From Hamiltosporidium tvaerminnensis FI-OER-3-3 (lineage: Eukaryota; Fungi; Microsporidia), in the NCBI GenBank assembly GCA_022605425.2, contig CM061248.1, positions 1,116,001 through 1,180,000 of the forward strand: a stretch of DNA of 64,000 nucleotides. Direction: 5' to 3'. Numbering within the stretch: position 1 is the stretch's first letter; every line of letters begins with the position of its first letter. Below the pieces are notes generated by a model that was given only the letters and a program-made list of their open reading frames with translations, ran no database searches and was not told where the DNA came from. The position numbers and the translations under genes are program-made. Positions 36,736 through 51,099 of the stretch are shown piece by piece.

Positions 36736-37134
36736 ATTTAGCTATATCGTAATATTTTTTTGGTTTATTATTAAATTTTATTTGGTTTCAAATAATTTAA
36801 AAGAAATGTATTATATGATAAACAAACAGGAATTTATAAAATAAATTTTCTCTTAAACATTAAGCATCCATAGTAATACAAAAAATGTGGCAAAAGTTGC
36901 TTTGGTGATGACATAATCTTAACTATCTTTTGATTCGTTTGTAAAAAATATGCAACGTGTTTTATTTTTCTAACTCTTCATAATACTCCAGAACATATAT
37001 TTTACTAAAAACAATAAATTACTAAATAATTGTGATTTTGACAAGTTCTTTTTATCAAAAAAAAGAGTTCCAGAATTATTTACCGACCTAAGATTTTGTC
37101 CAGAGTATTTCGGAAAAAAAATCCAATACCCTTG

Positions 37135-39470
37135 ATGAGACTAACTATCAAAGTAGCTTTTGCCATTTCGGAGTTTATAGCTTATTTATTCTTTCTTATT
37201 TCTATCGATGAAGTAACAGCAAATAAAGTTGTATTCATATTCTCGGAGTTCGGAAAAGAATATAGTATAGTAGAAAAAAACAATTTAGAGCGTAACTTTA
37301 AGTCAGAGACAACTTTTCCAAAAAATTCGTATTTAGATAAGAAACGAAGAGTATCATATAATATCAATGCATCAAAAAAAATTAAATTGAGCAATAAGAT
37401 ATTTGTTGTAGATAATATTGAAAAATATCCTTTGAGATTCTTAAAAATCACAGATGAGATATATAATAGCCAAAAAAAGATAAATATTTTCTTAAATAAT
37501 TCAAAACTTGCTGAATATATACAATTTGATAACTTTATGAAAACATATTATTCGCCACAAAAAAGCTTTTCGGTTGAAAATTTCATGTATATTCTTTATC
37601 TGCTGAATTATCTCAAGGTAGAATTTAATACTAATCTAAAAAAAATTATTTATTCACTTATAAATAATTTGAAAAATTTATGTTTCAAGCCTGAAAACTG
37701 TTTTGATGAAATCATTTGCAAATTTATAATCACAGATGAATTTTCCTTTACCCTGTTTAAGTTTGTTTTATCGGAGTTCAAGATTTCGTACTTCTACGAA
37801 AATGAATTGCTTCTAACATTTTTTTATGAAACCGTAGATTATATGTTACCCAATCGTAATAATTATTTTTTTGGAAATGAAAATAAACGAATATTGGTCA
37901 TAAATCATTTTCAAATCAGTAATATAGATTTTACAGCATCTAATTTTTTTTATTATAAATTTGTTTGGAAGCTTTTACCAAAGATTTTTCAACCACAATT
38001 AATATATCTTACAAATGCAGATAAATCAAATTTCGACTTTTTAAGTTCTATTTTGTTACTAAGCCACAAAATATCGAATCTGTTATTCTTTACCACGTAG
38101 AAATTAATGAATCTCTGGTTAAATTTATAAATACCAATGAGATATTTATAGAAATCAGAAATTTGTACTTTTTCGATTATCAAAGCTCTGAAAAATTGAA
38201 TATAATACGAAAAAACCTATCAAATATAGAAAATATAATTTTTTCAGACGTATTTATAAATGATGGATGGAAAAAGATATTCCAAAGATTTTCTTATAGC
38301 TTTGTTGAAACTCTTTATCAACCATTTGATGATAAATTATTCGGAAAAATCAAAGCAAATAGATCTATCGAAGATGGAATGGGAAATGAAAGATCCAAAT
38401 TTCTTATTTTGAAAAATTTCAACCCTAAAGAGACTAAATTTTTCAAAAGTATGCATCCTAAAGTCAGAATATACAATTTTTTCACATATAAATCTATGTT
38501 TTGAATATACATGGGTTTTTAGCCGAAGATAATAATCTATATGAATTGAATATTGAATTTATAAATGTAATATTCGATAAATTCATTGTCAACAACGAAT
38601 ACCTCAATAAAAATATAAACATTTTAAATTTTAAAAATTCAAAGATAGATTACAATGAACTTTTAGAAATAATCTCTGTTTTAACTTTAAAAGAAATTGA
38701 AAAAACCAAATGCGAAATTATTGAATCAAAAAAAATCCGAAAATTGAGTCAAAAGAATTTTTCAGTTACTTCGCTTCAAATATATGATACAAGAATATCG
38801 AATATGAACAAAATTTATGATTTTATTCATTCATTAAAAAATTTAAATTATTTAGATTTAAGCAACAACACATCAAAAAATTTTGTCGAAAATATACCCA
38901 ATTCCATTTCTAGAACCGAAAAAAACTTAGATGTTTTCTTTTTTTCGGATATGTTGAGGGCAGTGTGGGAAATCAAAGAAGTATCTTATTTTTTTGGATC
39001 CAAGCGTATCACACTGGGAAAAATCAGCATACCATATTTTTTCAAAATCTTATTTTTAAATGAAGAATTGAAGAATTTAGACTCCTTGTCGCTATCTGAA
39101 TGTGACTTTACTCATGATGATAAGGAAAGTTTTTGTTTTACAAATATTAACGAGATTGAATTTTTTAACTGCAAGATTCATAAGTTAGAATTCCATGAAT
39201 TGTTTTCTAGAAATATAAAATATAGTATAAATTCTGTAGTTTTCTAAAAACCTTAAAATAACTGCAAATGATATAAATTTTCTTAAGACAATAAATAATT
39301 TAGATCATATGTCTTTTGAAAACTGCTCATTAACTGGACCTGCTATATTTGCATTCAATAGATGCGATTTCAAACATCTAAGATTTTTTACAATTGAATA
39401 TTCTAACGATGTTGGTCTTTCTGCAGAGCATTTTATACATATATATGAAGAATTCGGAGATATAATGTAG
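37135..39470 (+). pseudogene. SP/LRR-like family gene, disrupted
   Basis: CCCTTG-ATG at 37135; hydrophobic leader MRLTIKVAFAISEFIAYLFFLISI; consecutive fragments 37096..38100, 38163..38504 and 38501..39247 with LRR motifs (LKNLNYLDLSNN, LKNLDSLSLSEC); stops and frameshifts. Confidence 0.8.
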
Positions 39471-39599
39471 AAGAATATTTCAGTTATGTTTTTTTTTACC
39501 ATCAATAAAAATTTTCTTTAAATTTAACCAATTTTATAATTAAGTAAATGTTTCGTTGATTTAGATAGTCTAATAAATAAAAAATCTTTTATTTTCTAA

Positions 39600-40300
39600 G
39601 CATATTTCCACATTACACCATTATTTTTTTTATCTTATAATTCAAACATCGATTAAACTAATATTTAAAAATTATTTTCCCAATCAAAAGATTGGTTGAA
39701 GAAAACTCCATTTGTAGAATCTTATTTATAATTTAAAAATGCTCAAATGTTAAGATTATGTATTTTATAAAAAATAAATATTTGATAATTTATATTTCAC
39801 CAGAGCCTATTCAAGTTTTTTCGTTTATTCCTCATCCATGGCTATATGTGTTTATTTTACAGCAACCATCCAGATCATTCTCTTCGAAATACCCAATAAA
39901 TATTAAAAATTTTCGTTAGTAAGGCATATTAGTAGTCCGACATTTATTTACTTAATTTTTTTTCTAACAGATACATAAGAGCAAAAAAAGTATATATGGC
40001 GCAATACCATTGTCATTCTATTTCAGTACAATAAATATTTACCAGAATTCTTACGTATTATAATTTCAATCTATTCTCATAACCATATATGGCATTATCA
40101 ATAATTTTTTTTAACTTAAAAATTACATTTACCAAGAGATTCTTCAAATTCCAATATACATCTTCATTTCGTTCCTCATCTAATTTATACCAAATAACCG
40201 AAAAAAATTTTAGCCAAATTTGATTAATAAACCGCAATCTTTTCAAATATCTGAATTATCAATCTTACTATTCCATAATCTAATAATAAACCAAATCAGG
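39600..40300 (-). pseudogene. Possible highly decayed kinase-like (choline/APH-type) gene remnant
   Basis: Scattered minus-strand peptides NDNGIAPYILF, KIHNLNI, STNLLIG and ISLID in kinase-like order; many disruptions. Confidence 0.2.
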
Positions 40301-41030
40301 GTTTTATTCATAATGAGCATCATATTATGTCATTAATCATTTAGTATGCTATGTAATATATTTAGCATTTTATAAATAATTTGAAGTCAAGTCTCACATT
40401 AAAAATATATTCATCGTTACAAATATCTCAAAATTTAAGCTAAAAACTAAAATGAATATATTTGTCTAAGTTTATTTAAATAAGATTTAAGTGTAGTATA
40501 CAATGTCATTTAACCATCATAGCTAGAAAATAATATATCTAAAACAAAAATAAATAAACCATATGAAAATAGGAATATTAAACCTCTTAAATACAATCAT
40601 AAGAGTGCTTTAAAAGGAATCTTCTACAATAGTATTTTTATTGAAATTAGTACTTTAAAATATAAAAATGTTTTTCAACCAGAAAAATATTTAAAGTAAT
40701 CATAAGCTAATTACACAATAATTAAACATATTTCATAATTCATCAAATAATTTATTGTTTGGAATCATTACGAGGTATGTCTTATATGTTCTATAGACTT
40801 TTTTGTAATATTTTATCGATTACTTATGAACTAGATTAATATTGTATAGCATATATACAAAGTAATTTTAAGTAACAAAACCATTTTTTTATATTTTTGA
40901 TAATTTGTGGTTTTAAATATTTAGATTTAACTCAGCTTTATAGACAGTAATTTATTTTTATAAATTTAACTTTGTGAAAGTCTGTTAAAAATTAAAAAAT
41001 GTATTCTACAAATAAACATAACATAAGCTT

Positions 41031-42587
41031 TTATTTATATTCGATGCCGAGACGAATAATGGTTTCATGGAGAAATAAAGTAAAAAAATCCTTTCTTTCT
41101 TTGGCTGCTTTGATATCTTGATAGGGACAAGATAGCTTTATTCTTATTTCAACTTTCAAAATATCTTTCTCGAGTATTTCATAATCTGAAATACTAAAAT
41201 CTGATTTATACTTTTTAGGATTTTCTTTAAGAAATTTACTGATTTCATTGGAGAGTTCATCGAGTTTTTCTTTACATGAATTGTAATCAAATTTCTTGGT
41301 ATAAGTCTCTGTAATATACATAGATTTTCTTAAATTTATTACAGGTTCTTTTCGTAGTTTTTCATTTGGAAAATTGTGGTATCTTGAATCCGATGTCAAT
41401 GTCGTGTATAACAATCCCATTTCTCTTACTTCATAGTGACTACCACCAACTGTTATTTTATCTCCAATATCGAATGGACGAACAGAAAATATAAAAAGAA
41501 TCGATTGAAACATTTCAGAAAGAACTGGTCCAAATACAAATGATAATGGAAGAACAAACCCCGTTAAAGTACCAAATATAGTGGTAAATTGACTTTTTGC
41601 TCCCAATGTTACAAAAAACAAGAAACTTGCAATTACTACGGCCAAAAAAGTAAGAACAATTGCCAGTTTCTTCATACATTCATCATTTTCATTCAAAGAA
41701 GATTGTAATTTCTGTTTTTCTTTAAACAATGAAACGTAACAACTCACAAACTCATCCTTAGTAACACTCAAGCTATTATCGATATCAAACATTCTAAACA
41801 TATCTTCTCCATCTTGATTACCAAAATAATATTTAAAATCATTGACATCCAGAAATTCTTTACCATTGCTTATACAATCATAGACATATTTTGCCCAACT
41901 GGTTAAATCTCTGTTGATACGAACACCAGTCAATCTATTGAGACTCTGTAAATACTTTATATGTTTTTCATTCTCTTCTATTCTATCTCGATAATACATA
42001 AAATGTATTCGGTAATTTACGAATTGTAAAATTATTCTTTCGATCAAGAAAATGGAAATAAACAAAGCCGCAGAAAGTAAGAACGATGAGAATTTATCTT
42101 CATTTATAGCAAATGCCGTATTTTCAAAAACTTGCTCATCTTCTGCTCCAGAAATGTCTCCTGAAGTAACACGCAATATAATTTTAATCAAAATCGAATA
42201 TATTAATACTGAAAATACAACTTTGAAAAAAAATTGATTTTCTAGAATTGCTATTGCTACAAATCCGGGTGTATCCTCTTTTAAATACTGTAATGCAATA
42301 AGCATTAGAATTATATCTACAATAAACCATATACAACAAAGAAAAATAACATAAAATCCCAAAATACTGATATTGTATTCAAAACCGTCTTCTGCACTTA
42401 AATTGGTGTATTTATATTTATGGAGGCAAAAAATAGACCCACATAGAGATACGATAGATAATATAATAGAAATCAATATTCGTATATTGCTTGGTCGTGT
42501 ATCTTCTACTATAGGTGCGGTTGAGTTCAATTCCTCACTGAATACCTTTTCTATATTTTTTCCAATCGCTTTACTTTTTGCTGACAT
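41031..42587 (-). CDS. mscS: Mechanosensitive ion channel MscS family, eukaryotic type with EF-hand
   Basis: 518 aa; N-terminal TM segments; EF-hand-like FDIDNSLSVTKDEF; MscS core LSFVFGPVLSEMFQSILFIFSVRPFDIGDKI...VREMGLLYT...FPNEKLRKEPVINLRKS; GGG motif 5-7 nt before the ATG. Confidence 0.95.
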   Translation of the reverse strand: MSAKSKAIGKNIEKVFSEELNSTAPIVEDTRPSNIRILISIILSIVSLCGSIFCLHKYKYTNLSAEDGFEYNISILGFYVIFLCCIWFIVDIILMLIALQYLKEDTPGFVAIAILENQFFFKVVFSVLIYSILIKIILRVTSGDISGAEDEQVFENTAFAINEDKFSSFLLSAALFISIFLIERIILQFVNYRIHFMYYRDRIEENEKHIKYLQSLNRLTGVRINRDLTSWAKYVYDCISNGKEFLDVNDFKYYFGNQDGEDMFRMFDIDNSLSVTKDEFVSCYVSLFKEKQKLQSSLNENDECMKKLAIVLTFLAVVIASFLFFVTLGAKSQFTTIFGTLTGFVLPLSFVFGPVLSEMFQSILFIFSVRPFDIGDKITVGGSHYEVREMGLLYTTLTSDSRYHNFPNEKLRKEPVINLRKSMYITETYTKKFDYNSCKEKLDELSNEISKFLKENPKKYKSDFSISDYEILEKDILKVEIRIKLSCPYQDIKAAKERKDFFTLFLHETIIRLGIEYK

Positions 42588-43792
42588 TCTACCCTTTGTA
42601 TTTTAAAGTCTTATAATTATATAAAGGAGAAAAAATTAACAAAACTTCTTTTTTCGGATTGATTATGATTATGCAATATAAATATCAGATATTAACAAAA
42701 CTTGTTTTATTTAAAGATCTAAAGTATTTTCAAAAGTTTTATAGAAATCGTACAAAACCAATTTAATTAATATAGCACTGTTATTTATGCGAAGATATTT
42801 CAAATATTCAAATAATTTATATAATAAAAATAAATTTATATTGAATAATTAATTAAAAAGTTTCTTTGAAAGTATAGAACATGTAACATCATGATATTTA
42901 ACAAATTAAAAATTAATTTATTCTTTCAAAACTTTTGATACAAAACTTTTTAATTAAGAAAAAGCTATAAAAAAAGGAGAAAAATAAAATCATTTGTCTT
43001 TTAATCAAAAACATTTTTGATAATAATTTGTTTACAGAAATATTTTATAAAATTACAAATCCGATAGATCGCAATAATTCCTAAACAAGTAGTACACATG
43101 TAATTGATTCGTAAAAATATTGAATACAAATCAAAAAAATAGTTTGAAGAAATAAATTAAATTGTTCCAATAAGAAGTTTAATTAAAGAATTTTATCAAA
43201 ATTTATTTTAAATCCAATTAAAATCAATGATTTAAATCAAAATATTTACAAGAAATCAAGAAAAAAGATTAATAAAAGCATTTAACTTGAATTCTTTACA
43301 ATCACAAACTAATAATATTTTTATATTGTACATACACTTGTTCAGATTTTAATATATTTCAGGTGGCGAATATTCATATGGAATACTCTTGATTTCAGAA
43401 TTTACAAATATATAGTCACACCAAAGTATAGTGGTGTAAGAAAATAATTCAATTTACTTACTTCAATTCATATAATTAGTAGATAATAAAATTAATAAAA
43501 GCGAGGTAACTAAAAGGAAACCAATATTTTACATTTAAACCGAGAAATATGTAAGATACAGTTTAAATCAAAAATATTTGTTTAGGAATGTATATTGAGC
43601 ATTTAAAATACAAATTTTTATTATAAAAGCTTATATTTCTAACAGAAATAGATATATTTTAAAGAAATATTAATTCATAAACAGGTTTTTGATTTGTAGT
43701 TGAAATATCTCTTATTTTTTTAAAAAAATATTTGACAAACAAATTGGAATTTGATAAATTAAATTTCTAAATAAAAATTTGACAAATAAAAC

Positions 43793-44250
43793 ATTTATAG
43801 ATTTATAGATTTATAGATTTATAGATTTATGGATTTATAGATTTATAGATTTATAGATTTATAGATTTATAGATTTATAGATTTGTATATTTATAGATTT
43901 GTATATTTGTATATTTATAGATTTATAGATTTATAGATTTGTATATTTGTATATTTATAGATTTATAGATTTATAGATTTATAGATTTATAGATTTATAG
44001 ATTTATAGATTTATAGATTTGTATATTTATAGATTTATAGATTTATAGATTTGTATATTTGTATATTTGTATATTTATAGATTTATAGATTTATAGATTT
44101 ATAGATTTGTATATTTGTATATTTGTATATTTATAGATTTATAGATTTATAGATTTATAGATTTGTATATTTATAGATTTGTATATTTGTATATTTATAG
44201 ATTTATAGATTTATAGATTTATAGATTTATAGATTTATAGATTTATAGAT
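43793..44250 (+). repeat. 8-bp tandem repeat, 57 units (ATTTATAG x41, ATTTGTAT x15, ATTTATGG x1)
   Basis: Counted directly; the phase is perfectly preserved. Confidence 0.95.
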
Positions 44251-44523
44251 CAACGAGGACAAAATGTATTGTCATTGATAAAAATAATTTTTATTTAATT
44301 TGAAATTATTAAAACCAAAGTGATGATGGCTTGTACATTTGTCCTCAAATGAATATTAATATTCAAACTCAGAGAAAATATTTTTTTTTATCGAAACAAG
44401 AAACTTTTAATTAATAAAACAGGAATAATTAAAATCTAGATTTCTTTTTTTAAAAAAATATAACATTTTATTCCAAAGAAGACTTAAAAATCTTAAGATT
44501 AAAGATATTTGTAATTTAAATCG

Positions 44524-44689
44524 AAAATAAGAAATATTCTATAAAAGTATAAAAATAAATACAATCATAAGTAAATCAAATAGAAAGAAGCTATATTTTA
44601 CAAAAATAAGAAATATTATTAAACGTATAAAAATAAATACAATCATAAGTAATTTTAAATTAAAAGAAGCTATATTTTACAAAAATAAA
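44524..44689 (+). repeat. ~80-bp imperfect tandem duplication
   Basis: AAAATAAGAAATATT...GTATAAAAATAAATACAATCATAAGTAA...AAAGAAGCTATATTTTACAAAAATAA occurs twice. Confidence 0.8.
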
Positions 44690-44849
44690 ATCGTTTAAAC
44701 TTTTGAGTAATAGAAAATTAAAAAGATTTGGTTTGATTTCAAATTTTTGAAAGAAAAGAAGAAAATTAGTTTTGCAAATTGATATAAAATAAATAAATAC
44801 TTAGAATATAAAAAAGATAAAAATTATATAAACAATTAGGTATAATATT

Positions 44850-45665
44850 TTAAATATCTATCGCATCATCAAGCAAATCTAATGTTCTTAGCAATCTAGG
44901 CGAAATAGAAAAGACCATAATAAAATATACCACAATCCCAAAAATAGTTAATAAAATGTAAATTAATTTCTTAAAATTAGACATAATAACATCCTTGCGA
45001 CCTTTTAGTAATTTATAAATAGAAATTATAAAAGCAATAATTACAAAGCAAATTACTACAATTCTAGGTAATATATGTGTAAAATTATAATATTTTAAAA
45101 AACAATAATATATAAAGAATGTTTCACCGCATATACAAATAAAAGAATGTATCAGAAATACCAAATAAATTGTTGAGTTTCTAAAAACATAATCCCGTTC
45201 AAATGTAAGTCCAACGAAAATACTAAATAAGTAGGAAGAACAACAGAATACAACCACGATTACTAATAAAAATAAAGAAATTAAAATTCCTGGTTTGTTA
45301 ATTGTTAGAAATAAAACGGAATATTTTTCTATTTTCTTATCGAAAACAATATTTAAAATACTATAAATAGTAAAAAATAAATTAAAAAATATTATTGGGA
45401 ATGAAAAAATTCGTGAATTTTCGATTATTTTTTTTACATTTTGATGTAAAAAAATGAATACAAAGATATAAAATTGAAAGAAAATAATTTTTACATAATT
45501 TATCACTGAATGTGATTTTATATAAAATTTTTCAGTTAAAAATATTATTAGTGAAGTTGTAAGTGGAAATATTAGATTTTTTATGAAGAAATATGCTGGA
45601 TTTACAGTTTCTTTTTTTGATCTGCTTTCTCTATTCAAAGGTCTTATATTTTGAGAAGTATTCAT
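44850..45665 (-). CDS. Hypothetical multi-pass membrane protein (~7 hydrophobic segments)
   Basis: Intact 271-aa ORF, CCCTAA-ATG start context, repeated F/I/L-rich segments. Confidence 0.75.
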   Translation of the reverse strand: MNTSQNIRPLNRESRSKKETVNPAYFFIKNLIFPLTTSLIIFLTEKFYIKSHSVINYVKIIFFQFYIFVFIFLHQNVKKIIENSRIFSFPIIFFNLFFTIYSILNIVFDKKIEKYSVLFLTINKPGILISLFLLVIVVVFCCSSYLFSIFVGLTFERDYVFRNSTIYLVFLIHSFICICGETFFIYYCFLKYYNFTHILPRIVVICFVIIAFIISIYKLLKGRKDVIMSNFKKLIYILLTIFGIVVYFIMVFSISPRLLRTLDLLDDAIDI

Positions 45666-48600
45666 TTAGGGTTTAAATCGGAAAAAGGGATTTAAATAGA
45701 AGAAAGTTATCATTTATAATGTGTAAAACAGTGAAAACTTATTTAATTGGTTTTTTAAATAATTTTATTCTCCTTTCAATAATTTGGGAAATAAACCGTT
45801 TTTTATAATCGATAAAAAGCTCTTAAATGACTTTACAGTAATACTTGATTAAAAAAGGATTTAAAGAAATGTTAAAATTGGATTAAAAACATTGAATTAT
45901 GGAATTCAAATGTATAAATTCCAATTTAATTTTGTAATTCCTTAATTTATTTGTTGATTACATGTAAATTATTTCTTTTAAAAAGTAGAAAAAATCTATT
46001 TCTATATCAGTTTTAGGATACGAAAAATTTTAAATTTTGAAGGAGATTTCTGTCCCATAAAAAATCCATTTACAGTAATTATTGTCGTTGTTTGAAAAAT
46101 TTCCCATCAATTATGTTTCACCTTCCTTCTAAATTTTACTTGCGCCAAATTAAAAAGAGCAGATAATCTCAACTGCTAAAGATAGGATCTAAGAAATTAT
46201 ATTTATGGTTTTTTTGAAGAGAAAACAGTCTTTTTGGATATAAATAAGCACTTAGGAGGCAAATTAACTGATTTGCAAGAAAATAAAGAATTTTAATAAA
46301 GACTCAGAGATTTGAAAGTTTAAAAAAAAACACAATAAATTCCAAATACTTGGAATCATATTTAAAACTTAAAAAACAAACGGAAAAAAATGTGTAAAAA
46401 GCGAAAGAAAATTTTTTTAAAAAATTTGCAAAAATAAAAAATATTAAAAAACTGTTCAAAATTTTTCCTTTTCTTTTGGTTCCTTGCTCTATATCTTCTC
46501 TTTGGGTGTAACTTCCTTTTATCTATGAAATTTCTTTATATTTTAATCTAAAAATAAAAAAATTTCAAAACTGAAAAATAAGAAAATTTCAAAACTGAAA
46601 AATATAAGACTTAAGCCACAAAAATGCAGTTTGAATAGAAGGCAATGACAAATTAATTTTTTTTTAGCATTTTTATTAAAAATTTTTTTTCGCCAATTCA
46701 GCTAACCTATCAGGGGAATATAATAAAGAACAATGGAGGAAGGACATTTTAAATAAAAATAAAAATTACGTAAGATTTTACTAAGAAATTCTACCAAAAA
46801 CGAAAATATAGAATATGAGAGTCTCCTTGCTTTATTTGAAAGCCATTTTTTTAAATTTTGATAAGTAAAGAGTTGTACAAACCCGAGACAGTATCATCTT
46901 CTCAGAAATTTGCTAATTCAAAAATAAGGAACAGAATAACCTAGATTAACCATTTCATTACTTTAAATGTTGGCTTTCAATAATTTTCTTAATTTGAAGA
47001 ATTATACTTTATAAATTAAATTTTGGGTTATTTTTCGACACCTTTGTATATTTTCTTCTATATCGCTTAAGCAGCTTTATTTCGCTTATATATCCGGTTT
47101 TTCATTTAAATTAATGTCGGTTCCTCAGAGGTATTTCCTCCATCGAAAATAAGGATTTTTGTTTCTTGTTTTACGAGTTTAGTACTAGAATACACATTGC
47201 CTGGCTTGGCACAGAAGGCATAGTATTGGTAGCTTATCCCAGTTGGAACATTGTATAATATTTATTTTATTGCAGAGTTCCTTCAAATATCTTCGGTATT
47301 TAGTCCTGATTCAAGTTCTCTTTGTCGATCAAAAGAAATAGCTTCGACTATGAATTTAAGCATGGTATACTAAATCCACGCCTCTATATTATGAATATTT
47401 GCAGTCTTCTTATATATTTATCGTTTTTAGTCACAATATCGTCTCAGTTTATACACTTTCTATTTATCACGACCCTATACATAAAAAATAAAACCAACTT
47501 ATTGGCTAATAGATAATTTAACTCGGCATTTCAGTTTCGCTATTCTGAAATGAATCTTAGGAAGAAATTTCTACATCGATATTGATTATATTATTTAGTC
47601 TTTTGTCTTAAATGAATATATCCAGTATATCGTTCCAATTTTGCAATTGGTTTTTTTATTTTCTCTAATTTTCTTCCCAAATACACATTTTCAAAAATAT
47701 TTTGAAGAGTAGACTCCAAATTGGTTTGTAAACTTGCGATTATATGTTTAGAGAAGTTATGGGTATACATCAGAACAATCAATAAGACGTCTAGTTTACC
47801 CGACTAAAAGGCTTTTTTATCGACGTGCTATGTTAGTTACAGCTTAACAGGTGAAATCCCCGCCATTATTATTTTTCTGTCCACCCTCTTCATAACTCAT
47901 TTTTTTGGAAATAAAAGAACTTTATTTGTCGCTGGTAAGATGTTTCACCATCAAAAATACCAAAATTAATATATTTTTGTCTGAAATGATGCATCAAATA
48001 TAGAATATTTATTTTATTGAAATATTTAATATTCTATCTTTTCGCAAAGTATAAAATTAAATTGATTGGCTTTTTATTAGTTATAAGGGTATTGAATTAT
48101 TTTCCTCAACATATGCATTGGATTTCTGATAAATTCTAACCATAATTATTAGCTTAGTATTAACCAATTTAAAAACAATATGATTAGATCTAGTCAAAGT
48201 ACTCTATATTCTTGATTATAAACTATGATTAACGAAAATTTTAAGTAAATTAAACTGTGTAAATCTGCTGTTTGAAGAATAAATACTTTTTATTTATTTG
48301 AAATATAGAATAAAAGGAATGTTTGTTTAGGTTTTCGCGATTCCCAGAAATATTTGAACACAAAAATCAATAATTTACCTTTTATTTATTAAAGGATCTA
48401 AATTGAAAAAAGCCAGTTAAAAATACGTATTCTTTCCCAATTATTTCTTCAATTTTTTGAAGTCTTACAATTATCAGTTTTCTTGCTATATATATACTTT
48501 TAAGGCTAGAAATCAATATTTATTTTTATATTTTCAAATATTGATTTTATATATGATAATTAAGAGAAAAAATCTAAAAAGACAAAATTTATATGAGAAG

Positions 48601-48761
48601 CACAATACAAACACATATTTTCTTACAAAGCAATAACATAAAAAAATCTTTTGAATTCTAAATTCGTTAATTAAGGATAAATTAAAAAAAAAGAGTAAAA
48701 TCTCAAAAAAAAAATTTAATTTATTTAATTAATTATTTAATGTATTTAATTCCCTAAACGA

Positions 48762-51099
48762 ATGAATAAAATTATTTTTAAGATCATCGTTTTTCTTTCA
48801 AAATGTTTATTTATACATATTTCTGTTTTAATTCTCGAAAGATAGTTTTTTTATTACATTGAAAACACGAGTATTTGCTATGAAAAATGTGAAAATGAAA
48901 AAAATATTTTTTATGAATTTGAACTCAAAAACAAAAGGATTCAGAACTAATTCCAGTCTATATATCTTTTAGAAAACGAAACGATAAAGTGCATAACATA
49001 ACAGATAAATTTATATATTAATCTATAAAAAAAACTTGAAATAGCTAGTCAAAAAGACTTCATTATTGACATTTTACTGAAAATGAAGGGAAAAACTGTT
49101 TTCAGGATTACAGAATATTTTTAGGGCGAATCAATCAGGAATTTTTTTCTAGATTCATAAAATAAAAAAAGAAGAGACTCAATTTTCTATGTAGATTTGA
49201 GAGAATTACTTGAAATTTTGATGTTTCCGGTGACATTGGAACTTAAAAGAACACAAAATAATAGAGAATTTCTACAATACATATAAGTTAAAAGCTTAAT
49301 AAATCCAATGTTTGATTTGGTCTAATTGAGTCATTACTAAATCATGATGAATATGATAGTAGTTATTATATCACAACATTGGAATATTTATTTAGCATTT
49401 TTGGAAAGTTTGTATATATTCATGAAGCACAGTCTATATTTTTATCTTTCAAAAACACCGCCTTGCTTTACGAAAAAAATTCAGTCATATCATACCAAAA
49501 TTATGTTTTTCGAACAAAAAAATTATTTAAAAATAATATTTTTTCTATTTCAGAGTGTAAAATACTGCTGGGTTGAAAAAATAGCAAAAGAAAAAAGTGG
49601 TTTCTAATTTGTATTTTTTTCATGAAATTTTTTAAAATAAACACATTTTTGATTCAGATAGATCAAACATATTTTATTAAAACTCTTTTGAATTTTTGAT
49701 GAAATAAAGCCTAATAAACTTGAAAGATTCATAATAGTGGATCAATCGCTTATAAAGTCTGCATTAAAAGCTTTTTTAAAAACTGGATATTTTTTTATTT
49801 CAGAATTTGTGAAAATTTACTTCAATTTGACTGTTAAGGAAATACGATTGATTTTAAAAAAACATTGAAAATATTCGCAGACTTCATATAATAAGTGATG
49901 AGGCGAGTTATGATGTTTTATTTGAATTATACACTTATGTCTTAACAAATAAGAAAATCTTTATAAAATATAAAGGTAAAATTTTGAAAATTAACTCTCA
50001 AAAAGAAAAACATTTTAGAAATTTACCACCAAATCTGATTTTCTATGCCAAAAATCCAAACTATTCAGAGGAATCGTATAAATATAGTTATCTATATTCT
50101 TTGGTTCATTATAGAATCTGTAAAATATTACCAAGAAAACACATGGAATCAAAGAATATGAATCAATACTTGCGCATTGTATAAACGTTAAAAATATTCA
50201 AGTTTCTACTTTCCCAGACACTGATGTGATCAAAATAGGTAAAAAAATATTGAAGTTTATAGATAAAATAGTAAGTCTTGTAAGTATAACCTTTCATCAA
50301 GTAATATTTACAGAAAACGAAATAAAATTCCTTTTAAAGTCAGAAAAAATAACATTTTTAAAATTAAATAACGTAGATCTTTCTCGAATAAAATACTCAA
50401 AATATAAAATACATAATTCATCTCTTAGGGGATTAACCATGAGTCACTGTAATGAAATCTTTAAATTAGAGTTTTTATATTTTTTATTCTTATTTAGAAA
50501 TATTGTTTTTTTAAAATTTACTATATCTGAGGTAGATTTAAACCTTAGAACCGAGCTTTATAAGATTTATCCTCGAAATTTAAAACTAAAAAAGGAAATA
50601 TTTCTTCCGAAATTAGATTATTTAAAAATTAAAACCGAGAGGATTTCAAAGATACATTTCCGTTAATTTTTGCTATTTCCAACATTTTTCGATCTTAATA
50701 ATCTAAAAATATTGGTACTTTTTATTTACGATTTAGATGAATTATATGTCAATATACTTGCAAATATTAGTACTTTAATTGATATTTCATTTTCTTTTGA
50801 TAAACGAGATTGAAAAATCAATTTAAAAAACCTTGATAAAGTTATTCAGAACAATAGTGTTTATAAAATAACAATAAGAGTTTATAATTTATGTGAAGAT
50901 GTTGTTATTTTTTAAACTTCTCTTAAAAAATCAAATCTACATTTATTTATTTTGAATCTATTACTAAAGAGAATCTAAATCTATTAATTAGGTTTGGATT
51001 AGCAGGTAGAGATAATCTTAGATTATATTTTACAACCGTTTCTATCTGGTTACCAGAAATAATATATCGCTGCCACGAGATCGGATTTTATTAATATAA
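48762..51099 (+). pseudogene. Pseudogenised paralog of the 56029..58374 SP/LRR-like gene
   Basis: Same TTCCCTAAA..ATG start context; fragments (LPPNLIFYAKN, NSSLRGLTMSH, VDLNLRTELYK, FLPKLDYL) are collinear with the 781-aa ORF; many stops and frameshifts. Confidence 0.9.

Noticed and set aside
46850-47950. GC-richer island, possibly a decayed minus-strand gene
   Set aside because: Fragmentary peptides gave no identifiable family.
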